Source: Sphaeroforma arctica JP610 (taxonomy: Eukaryota). From it: 34,138 bases of DNA. The stretch spans positions 41,002 through 75,139 of the forward strand of contig NW_014040378.1 in NCBI RefSeq assembly GCF_001186125.1, given 5' to 3'. The notes below the pieces were generated by a model. That model did no database searches and was not told the origin of the DNA. It was given only the letters and a program-made list of their open reading frames with translations. Each line of letters begins with the position of its first letter. Within the stretch, counting starts at the first letter, position 1. Below are positions 10,966 to 21,700 of this stretch, piece by piece. Both the position numbers and the translations under genes were made by a program.

Positions 10966-11480
10966 ATGGACTTTCTAGCAAGTTATGAAAGGGAGTGTAA
11001 TAGTGCCAAGTCTCAAGATGACGATGCAGAGGAACACGAACTCTATGGGTCGGAAGTGGGTGAGGAAGACGGATCAATTGTCAAATCACCTCCTATTGCG
11101 TTACCAAGCCCGAATGATCAAATACTATCGAGGCTACCTACATCGATAGAGCTGCAGAAGCCTTCTACTGTCCCAAAGGACAAGAAGCCTTATATTGCCT
11201 TAAAAACAAGAAGCCCGTTGTGAGGGACGTTGATGTCAGAAAGCCCCGTGCAGACTGGGAATACAATGGAGGACAACGTGATTTATTCATCATCGAGTCA
11301 TACCTTCAGTGTATAAAGAATGGACAAGGGGTACCCATCGGATCTGATGGTAAATGTAAAAACCTCCAAAAGAGTGGGTGGACTTTCGTTGGAAAAAATA
11401 CTGAAACAGTTGTGTTGAAGCTGATGATGACGTTGGTGTTACGTACACCGATTCTCAGTTACAAAACCGATGGACGCTCG
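10966..11480 (+). pseudogene. Myb/SANT-like DNA-binding protein remnant, typical of PIF/Harbinger ORF2
   Basis: RADW...FIIESYLQCIKNG...NLQKSGWTFV and, after a frameshift, GVTYTDSQLQNRWTL resemble Myb_DNA-bind_3. Two frameshifts. Confidence 0.6.
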
Positions 11481-11923
11481 TAACTATTTGTACATTACTT
11501 TATTATATTTACGAATATAGTTTAACATGCTATTGCACAAACGCACACACACACACACACACACACAAACACTTACCTTCATATCCACATGTTTAATCCA
11601 CACTTCGATATGATACAATTTGCTGTCGTTGTGCTCTCACTAAATTCGACAGGCATTGTTCTCAGATCGTGTGTCTCATCCCTGTAGCAAATAAAGTTAA
11701 GAGTATCGTTAGATAAAGCACAGAACATGATATTAACGTGCTGAAGCTGTGTGCATTTCTTGGACTTTTTACATACATAGCATGTGTTTTTATTTTTGTT
11801 ATATACATCCATACAAGATTTTGCAGATGTGTGAGTCGGGTGTCAGTTGGCACACTCGCCGGCATTTTGAACCTGGTGAATCTAGAATCTTTTAAATTTT
11901 TTTTGCGTAATAAAAAAAAATTA

Positions 11924-12119
11924 CAGCACTGGAAAGTCTCTAAATGTACATAAAAAAGTCTCTGAATGTACTTTTTTTATTTTTTGGTTGAGAAGTTTGA
12001 GAAAGGAAAATCACATTTTGCTATTTTAATTGGGCAATTAGAAAACGTACCAGTAAATCTGTATGTACATTTAGTGACTTTCCCATGTAGGCCATGTACA
12101 TTTAGAGTATTTCCATTTG
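11924..12119. mobile_element. Small inverted-repeat (MITE-like) element
   Basis: TGGAAAGTCTCTAAATGTACA (11930-11950, partial second copy ~11955-11971) is inverted at 12064-12083 and 12094-12115. TA dinucleotides flank it at 11922-11923 and 12120-12121. Confidence 0.55.
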
Positions 12120-12179
12120 TACTATTATAGATGGACAAATATATCTTTATTATGTATCAGCTTTGCGCATAACACAGAG

Positions 12180-12442
12180 GCTACATCAAGTGTCTTCTAG
12201 GCGGACAACCAAAGGAAAAGTCTGGAATGGGCTCTACTGAAGATGGACATACGTTCACCTACGCAAGTGAATCGCTGATAGAGCTTACTTCCAGTCCAGA
12301 CTTTCCCAAGCAGCTTATTCAATACGTTGATATAGAAGATGGCATCATTAACAAACCGACTGGTTATGTATTCCATGCGATGTCTTACTTGGAGACTATC
12401 GAAAGCACCACTGTTGAAGACATTACCGAACCCACCTACAAA
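12180..12442 (+). other. Possible orphan exon of unknown protein
   Basis: CAG acceptor, open frame GYIKCLLGG...EPTYK, and a GTATCC donor. No family recognised. Confidence 0.25.
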
Positions 12443-14091
12443 GTATCCTTGCACCAACTTGAATGTGTTTGAAATGCGAAAGTTAATTTGTTGGCGTTGT
12501 CTGTGCGGTGATTGGTTTCTGTAAAGAATTGAAATGAACAAGTATATGGGTATAATTGCATGTAATGTGGTGCAACATCAACAATCTATAAAAATACAGA
12601 CATTCTGATTTTGTCTTTGTAAACGTGCAGCTCCTATTCAATGTTTGACAGTCAACTCATTCATATTCTTGAACTATTTGGTTTGCTTTGCAGCCTGCAT
12701 CTGTTATTGCAATCAATGTCAATTGCTCCAACACTAACCAGTATGATAAAAATGAAAGACTATTTGCAAAATACTGAAAATAACAAATATTTCAGGGCTA
12801 TAAGGTACGGCCTATTGAAGTAGCTAGTATAGAAAGTCAAACTGTTCGTTGTGCTTTTGATTAGGCATTTGATTTTGTAGTTGAGTAAAGAAATATCGGA
12901 ACGTGAGTAAAGCAGTTCAATATACATATCTTTGTAGGTTTTTGTTTGCGTGATAAGCAGAATCTTTTAGTAGAATGAATACTAAGATCAACACGCAAAG
13001 CACCAAGTAAATATGGCCTACCTGTATCTCCAGATATAATGTAAACTTGTTTCATATAAATACCCTGTCTATCTTTCACCTGGAGCACCTCAAGTAAGGC
13101 TGGTACTTTATTTGGGGACTGGGAGGAGCTCTCATCAAACTATCTGTAATATATATAAATATACTACCATGGTGGAGGGTCTCATGACTCTTCTGCATCT
13201 TCGATTCTCTCGTTAACAGATATCTCTACGATACCTCTACTTCCAGGTCGATATAATATATTCCACCTGATAATCATAATCTGATTTCGTCTTTTGGGTT
13301 GTCGGTTTGATAACTCCGCCAATTTATTATTGTATTTGTTCATAATTTGATAATTTTCTGATTGACTTATTCATTTTAAAGTTCAATTTACTGATTTATT
13401 GGTCTACTTATCTGGTGGTCTTTTTATTTCGTGATTTACTCATTGTTGATTCTTAAATGGTGGCCAAGCAGCCGAGGAATCCACATGCCTGCTTGTATAT
13501 ATAACAGCAGACAACTAATTTTCCCGCAGGATACTCCGAGTGTAAACTCCGCAAGCGCAATTCTAAAGGACCATAATTTATGAGTTATATATATGGGAAG
13601 AAGGTAAGAGTATGTGGGTAAAAGTGCTGTCGGATATAAATTGGTATAGTAGAACAGATGCATCCGAAGGGATGGTAGGAGCACTCCAAGAGACCGCACA
13701 TTTCTGGGGTTAACCCTGAGGTGCCGAAGTATACCAGGTCTAGGCTAAATAGATAGATAGACATCCGTCTAAGGTGAGATGGGATCGTAGTCTATCACCC
13801 AGGGAAGGCAGTATCTTAAATCACATCAGATGGTAGTCAGTTACCAGCTAGACAGGAGAGTAGGAGTAAGGTCTAGAGGGGGTAAGATAATGTATAGCTT
13901 ATAAAAAGGTAGATCAGTAGGAGGTATATCCATCTAGTGTATTTTGAGCAGGAGGATAGAAGGGTGATAGATGTCTATATTCTAGATTCTATACTCTTAT
14001 AAAATATTATAGCTCTAGATACAAAAATGGATATACATATACATACTCTACTCCTTACTAACTAACGAGAGTGTAAATAGAATAATAGCTA

Positions 14092-14360
14092 GTCATAGAT
14101 GTATGTATGAAATGTTATGAAGATATGGGAAAGAAGGATTCCGACGACTCGATTAGGCAACCAATATTGAGTGTGGCAAATGGGTTTTCCAATGGGGTAC
14201 CGATACCCCAATGTCTAAAAGAGCTGATATATGCTGAGGGAGCACATGGCCACGAAACACGCGTGTCTCGTGAAAACCCTCAACAGTTATCATAATACAG
14301 CCCGTCATGGCGGCAAGAATGTTGAAATTTGACGCTTGGGCGGTCACCGGGCACGATTAG
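14092..14360 (+). mobile_element. Helitron-like RepHel N-terminal fragment (DUF6570-like)
   Basis: VCMKCYEDM...PILSVANGFSNGVPIPQCLKELIYAE fits the CxxC...P.xSxANG...G..P..L..L...E signature. Frameshifted downstream. Confidence 0.6.
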
Positions 14361-17300
14361 CACGGTAGCGACCGCATTGCCCAGGCTACAGTCGGAAATA
14401 GATAAAATTGGTTCGAGAACACAAGTAGACCGTAAATCTATAAAAAATCTCAAGTTAAATAAAAATTGGGAGAGAGAATATACCTGTGGGCACTCTTAAT
14501 CATACTTATAATGCAATAGAGGAAATACAATTTATTATATCAGGCAAACACAAGACAGTTGGCCGTGCCACTTCTAATCTTGCGATCATACCAATCAGGT
14601 GGGAAGTTTATCGAGTTATCTACCGTACCGATCCTATTACCAGAGAGAATTAACCAGAAGGAACACTCCCCAGAGGGGATGTACAGGACCCCGCGAAGCG
14701 GGATCATCCATTGTCCAACAGGCAATCCCGAGGGATGGTGGTAGCGCTTGGTGTAGATTAGTCTTAGTAGGATACTCATACATTGTTTAGCATGCTATTT
14801 AATGTTCATGCGAAGTCCTCGGACACTGACATGATGTTAGTGGTTCTGCTTAGATATGCGTTCACCTTCGTTCTGTCGTTTTTCTTCTGTAGTTTGTGCA
14901 TACTTGACCACTACACCATATGGCATGTTGAGGTGATTCTACACGAGTAGATTGCACACCACCATAACAAAACATATTACTAGTGTGACTTAAACAGTTC
15001 TACGCTCTCCTCTGCGTCACTGACCCCCTGTACCACCAGTTCGATTTGATTCAGCTTACGTGTTGTCGCCAGCTACTTCGGTTGTGTAAACGAAGTATGC
15101 ATGCATGCATATCTCCAATAAACATATATTGATATTCAAATCAATATAACGAAGAAAAAAAAGAAGATATTTCTCAAGAAATAAATACATACAGGTACAA
15201 ATATCAATATATTAATTTATCGTATTCAAGAATCACTAGCTTGTCAGTACAAAACAATAGTTATCAATGTCAGCCAAACTGGAGAAGTGCGACTGGAGAA
15301 GCTCATGACACGCTTCCAATCAGACATGTAAACAGAACGGCGGCTAAGGCCTTCTTCCAAGTCTCAAAACAAGACCTTCGGAAAGTAGAAGATCACTATT
15401 TGCGGACGCACACTTAACAGTCTAGCTGACGTTTAAGTGACGTCCAGACACATGAGTGTTCTATAGGTGGGTCTATCCAACGTAACAACCAGATGCTACA
15501 GATGTGCTTTTCAAAAGCAAGATATATTATTCATCGGTTTATTTTTTATATCACCCTCAAGATTAATCTAAAGATACAAATACATCGGGAGGCACACTGC
15601 ATACGGCTAGACCACGGATCTAATAGCGAAATCAGCATAATTGATATGGTACTTATCGTCCGTATATATTTTCGGTGCGACTGATCTACTTATAAACCGA
15701 AGCATCGCGATATACGATTCCATCATATTGGTTGCATAAGATGACAGCTATACATATTGATTAACTACTAATGGTTCATTTGGGTGCGTACTGACGCTAT
15801 AGAAGGGGTTAAGTATTGAAATATAAGGATCTCATGAATGGAATATGTATTTCGGATCAACCTAAAAGTGTATTTTGTATATACTGAACCACTTTCTGGA
15901 TATTTTGTCCTTTAAAATAAAAAGAGTTGAGAGACGCTGTACCTGCACCGCACTTTCGCATGTTTAGGTTATGGGACCCGAGTCGCGCTAGTTGCCAGTC
16001 TGATTTCCGTATACGAAGCTTGTTGGGTGAAGAGGTCTGTTAGACTGTCAATTGTAAGAGCTTTTAAACAATGCTTTATTGTTCTGTCTACTCAAGGCAT
16101 TTGAGCTATAGTGACATGCTTACTTCTGTTCTGATTAGTAAATGACGGGGGAATCCCTTTCCTATTGGAATAATTATGTTTTTTTATTCGGCAATATAAA
16201 GCTTCGTATGCTTTACTCACTTGTACTAGGCTGTCATTGGTGAACTAGTAATAGCTTCGGCATTTTGTTGATTCAGGCAAGTTCTGTAGTATACTTAGAG
16301 TACTTTTCTGGATTTCGTATTGTATTTGACCATATACTGAGGTTCGAAATTATTTAATTAGCAGTACAAGTTATTAAATTTGTCGGCTATTTACGACTTC
16401 ACGTAGACAGGCAACTTCAATTAGCTCATTTCACGCGTATTTTACTCTGTCCTGTAAACAGAAATTGTAAAGTTTTATGATAATCGAGAAATATGTATCA
16501 CAAATAATATCTATACATATGAAAAATATACCTATTTCTGTCTATGTGCACATTATTTTAACTTGCACAATACACCATGATGAGACTGATATGCTTCTGG
16601 CATACGCAAGCAATATTAGTCCTTTTGAGATAGTAGAGGCATAACGAACGTTGCATTGATCTTACTCTAGGGCAGAAGATGTTCTGGTCGCCATTTCACA
16701 AAAACTGCCGGTGGATTTATGTAGATATTTCAGGTTTCTGATTTATAAAACGGAAACCTCATGGTCAGATAATCACTCGACATTGTATCTAAAAGCAGGA
16801 GTTGACGTTATGAAAAAAAGTTGTACCATGCACGCATATGAATTGGGATCCGGTATAAACTTGATTTACAGAAATAAATTGTCTGTTAAAAACTGCTATA
16901 AAAAGCAACAAAAAAGACTGATTTCCCGCGGAAATTCACCACACTAGAGGGGTTTCACTATGAAAATGGTAGTAGGTGGCCCCTACCAAAAAACCTTGAA
17001 ACTAGAAATTCTATCTCAAGATTTGTACTAGATATATGGAGTACAACATAGAGTCGAACAACATGCATACATTTATGTAGCATTGTTATTGGAAGAAACA
17101 GACCAGTCTTTAGTCACATTATTTATTTTGCAGTCGCTGATGTTATCACAGTGCGAAGTTTTTCCACGTCTATGGTACTCGCTCAGTTGCTGGGATAATT
17201 TAATCGTTGTATTTGTTCCGTTTTTTCTGTGATCAATGTAGGTATTGGAAACAGGATATGGTGAAAAAGCGACCAATGCCACAAACGAGCACTTACTCAA

Positions 17301-17559
17301 GTATCCATAATATTCGCTCATGATGTTTGGGTCAAATGTGACAAATTTCTGACGTATTGGCAAAATGTAGCACAACTAAAACACGAAAGGAGATGTGAGA
17401 AACGATCTATCGTGTAGAAGTGTACGTATATGCATACGAATATGAATGTGAACAAATATATTTGGATGTATTACAGGTGTACCCTCGTACACTTAAAAAC
17501 ACATCAACACATCCAAGTTTAAAAAAATATATGAAGGTGCAAATACGTATGAATGTAAT

Positions 17560-18085
17560 ATGTATACATATGCATTTACATATACATTTACATATACATA
17601 CATACACACACACAGATATATATATACATACATACACATACATACATATACAAGTACATATATGAGTATAGGTTTATGTATCTATCTTCGTACCTATACA
17701 TAAGCACGTACATATAAACACACACAGACACAGACACAAACACACATATATATAAACATATGCAACTAATTAAATAATTGTATCATACATGTATATATAT
17801 ACATATATAGATAAACATATACATATGAATATCATGGATATATATACATACACACACACATACATATATATATATATAGATACATACATATATATATGTA
17901 TATATACAGATATATATATATATGTATATATATAGATACATACATATAGGTACATATAGATACATACACACACACACACACATATATAATTATATATATA
18001 TAAACACACACACACATATATATATATCACACACACACGCACATATATATACATACATACGCACACACACATATATATATACACT
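17560..18085. repeat. Compound (TA)n/(CA)n microsatellite field
   Basis: Read directly; ORFs here are artefactual. Confidence 0.95.
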
Positions 18086-18234
18086 CATCTGTAACACAAG
18101 CACATATTCATAGATCTATGAATGGATATATCGAGTTCATGTTTTTGTAGAATAGTCCAGTGTCAATTATGATTTACAGATAAGACGTGTTCTACGACAT
18201 CAAACCATTCTTTGATAGACACGCATTCACTTAC

Positions 18235-18750
18235 CTGCCGCCCATCCTTATCCTTACGCTTGCCGCCAGTACCATTGCCAAACCCCCCACGCCCAGCCCC
18301 GCCTTCGTTGCCGGTGTTCATTACCATGCGTGTGTTGCCATGGCCACTGCCCGGCGCACCTTGTCGGCCATCATGTCTGTCCATATCTAACCGGTCTTTC
18401 CTATTTCCCCCACCCCCACCGCCTCTGTCGCGCATGGGTCGACCGTCATTGTCCAACAGGTTATCTGGTGTGCGCCTGCTCCTCTTTGGGCTTCGATCCC
18501 AGCCCTGTCCCATAGCGTCCGCGTCTCGCTTCCTGCCGCCGTCACTACCATCCCCCCTGCCCATACCCGCATGCGTGTTGTTGTTATGGTTGTTGTTCAT
18601 GCGCTGCTGTTGATGGTGATGTTGCTGTTGTTGCTCCTTGGTGGGGGCTGCGCTATTATTCCTGTCAGTGGATCTGTCACGATCCCTTCCCCGACTGCTA
18701 CCGCGATTGCGATCACCACGGTCGTCGTAACTGTGTGTGCCGCCGCCATT
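18235..18750 (-). CDS. THOC2: THOC2 exon, RD/RG-rich C-terminal region
   Basis: cag|AAT ... CAG|gtaagt; 516 nt open and in phase. Confidence 0.88.
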
Positions 18751-21700
18751 CTGAAGTATTTAACAGTCGAAGTATACAGATACGAATTAAGTTATGTTCA
18801 ACTTAATAGTCATAAAACTGCGACACAAAGCAATCGTTTTGTCGGGGGCACACAAAGATACGGAGCGAAACACATTGGGTAGAAAAGATGGAATTTACAC
18901 CTCAAAACATACTCCCAAAGAGAGACTTACTACTTTCGGTCAAACCAGTTGTAGTAACTGATAATTTCGAACAAACATACAACGCCACCTACCGCATCCA
19001 GGCGATGGTCATTCCTATCAGGACCCCTTGACCTTGCCCTCGAGTCTCCGCGGCGCTCTGTGTACCGGTCATCGTCCCCATCATAAGTCGCACTGGGACC
19101 ACGCCCCATGGAACCAGCGCGACTGGTATTAAGGTCAGAATAGCCGCTGGGATGGTCAGCATACCCACTGATGGAATCATACGTTCTCTTCTCGCCCCTA
19201 CCTCCACTGTCACGGTCACGCATAGCACTGCCTCTGCCTCCCCTTTCGTGTGAGATAGACACTCTTTCATGGGTACTTGCCCCTCTGTCGTGGCCACCTG
19301 CACTGAGGAGGGGGCTTCTGTGCCCGCTCTTTCTGTCGTCACTGTACGTAGTAGATACATTGGAAGTGTGTTGGTGTTGTCGTGGTGAGCGCTCGTCCTG
19401 GGCTTGTCGACCGGAGTTCTGCTGACTGGTGGGAGGTTCAGGCTGAGGTGTCTGAACTTTTATTGTGGGCTGCATATCCGTGTTTGCCTTAGCTTTCCCC
19501 CCAGTTCCGGTTGGTTTCGCACCACCTCCCGTAGTCTTCGCTGTACTTCCTTGCTGCCCCTTCGCCATACTCTCACCCATATGCCTTGTGGTATCAATGT
19601 CTTGCACTTTGGTCGAAGTCGCCTGTTGTTTGGGCGTGCTTCCCTCTTGCTTCGCAGCACTGCTCTGTTGCTTGCCTACCCCACTCCCGCTGCCTGTGAC
19701 TGCCCCCGTCTTTGAGTCTGTCTGCGTTGTGCTTTTGGCGGACTTCCCCTTGACAGTCTTCGAAGTATTCTGCTGCGCTTTGACAGAACTATCAGTAGAC
19801 GTAGATGATTTGGCGGGTTGGCCCAAAGCTTCTGGGGTCATGTAGAATTTCTGCCTTTCATGATACTCAATTAAACCCTGTGCAGCGCAGAATATCAAGT
19901 AGTTAAAACCAATTAAGCCAAAAGAGAAAATTACAGCGAAAAGATAGGTAATATAGATCAGATTTCGGAGTATACGATTAATGGTGATGAATAATTACAT
20001 TGAAAATCAATTATACACACGAACGCAATCTAATTATACAAGGTTCGATGATAGATATATGGGTTCGTAAATGAATGAGAAAGTGAATGATTCATGACGC
20101 GTGTATAAATGAAAGAATAGAACAGTAGTATTACCATTGCGATCCGAGGTGATATGACCACAAAAAAAAAAGAAGCTTTTCATACTACTAAAGTAATCAC
20201 GCACAAAACAAATAGAGATCAATCGCGATCTTGACAGGAATGGAAAGGGACAAAAACATCTTGGTGACCATCCAATGAAATACTACATGCATGTATGTGC
20301 ATCAAAGTCAACATACCGTATTCTGCGATAGAGCCCGAACTATGGACTCGCATCTATAAAATGCACACACATGCATGTACATGTATATACCTAACAGTCC
20401 ACGATCAGTGAAACACTGCAAAGTATATTGTGCACGTTGATGCGATCACAAATACCAACCTGATAAGCAGTTACGGTAGCGCTGAGACTGTCAATTTCTT
20501 TGTGTTGTCCAGCCAATTTGCTCAATTTCTTTCCCACAGAAGCGAGCACGGGGAATACTGGGACTAGTTTTTGTGGACAAAGTGCCTTTGTGCGTGTGCA
20601 GACATGAGAGTTGCTGGTTAGACAATGATCTGTCACTCTCCCACCAGTACAATTGGGATAAGAAAAATGAAAAGGCACCAGGAATCTTAAGCAACCATCC
20701 GGTAGTGATTCAGCGCAACACACACAGTCCAGAGGCACATGATATACTTGTGCACTCGGCAGCATGAATGTACGCTTGATACCGCACATGTTTGGAACGA
20801 CTTACTTGCAATACTTGTAGAGCATTTCGGTTATCTATCCTGTCCGGTGAATTGATCAGATCGTAGAAACTGTTTGCCAACACCTCAGATTGTAAGCGAT
20901 ATATCTGGTTCTGAAACTCCAGGAAGCTCACCCGGCCCTCCGACTTCAACTGAGATGAGATGAGAGGTATACAACTGCCAATGAGATCTTGCATACATGA
21001 ACAGAGCTAGTTCTGCAGTCTTCTTAATATCCAGAGACCTGAGTGGTCTACTTAGTTTTCTGTGCACTTTACCACCTGGGTATGTTGATCGTCATTTATG
21101 ACCGATATAACGCTGCGAGATTTGTCACGCCTCAGGAAAAAGCAAAATAATATGAGCACAGTAGATTTACAGACTATTGTGATACTACCGGATAAGGTAC
21201 CTAGACCTACCAGTTCAAGTACAATAAAGTTTACAAACCCAGTCTCTAGTCGAGGCGACAAACCTAAATGGCAGGCCACAACTCAGAACAACGATATACT
21301 ACTAATATATCAAAGCCCCGAGCCAAAATCACACCATTGTGCACTGATAAAATATAGCGCCAAAAACAGCTGACGCTGAAAAATCCAAGAAAATCTTTAG
21401 GAATCGAAGACTTGAGGAGCCCAAAAGAGTACTCAGAAATTGAGACGTACAGATTTAAAACCAGGAGACATGCTGCACTCCTTCAGGAAAGTACCCTTAT
21501 CCTTGGTCCAGTGGTTCATCCACTTCAAGGTGTGCCAGAGAAATCTACTATAGCGCTGGGCCTATAACGCAAGGAATGCAGGGTTGAGTGACGAGAAACC
21601 ATAGGGAAACTACTGATAAAGTCGACTTAAGGACAGGATACAATGAAAGTATCGTGAATATAGAGTAATATTTGAGCATGATTGTACCTATATCTTGCAA

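Noticed and set aside
11576..11681. Minus-strand exon with cag|...|gtaagt boundaries
   Set aside because: Stops in all three frames and no recognisable product.
13440..14000. LTR/PBS of a Gypsy element
   Set aside because: No second LTR copy, clear primer-binding site or gag-pol motifs.
17407..18113. Cys/Val/Tyr/Ile- or His/Thr-rich ORFs
   Set aside because: Translations of (TA)/(CA) microsatellites.
18187..19845. Plus-strand and alternative-frame ORFs overlapping the THOC2 C-terminus
   Set aside because: Shadows of GC-rich low-complexity coding sequence with no recognisable domain.
20885..21112. Extra THOC2 exon (HRKLSRPL...)
   Set aside because: The neighbouring 20806-20949 exon fits homology and phase better; phase-0 reading from the 21112 acceptor hits a stop.
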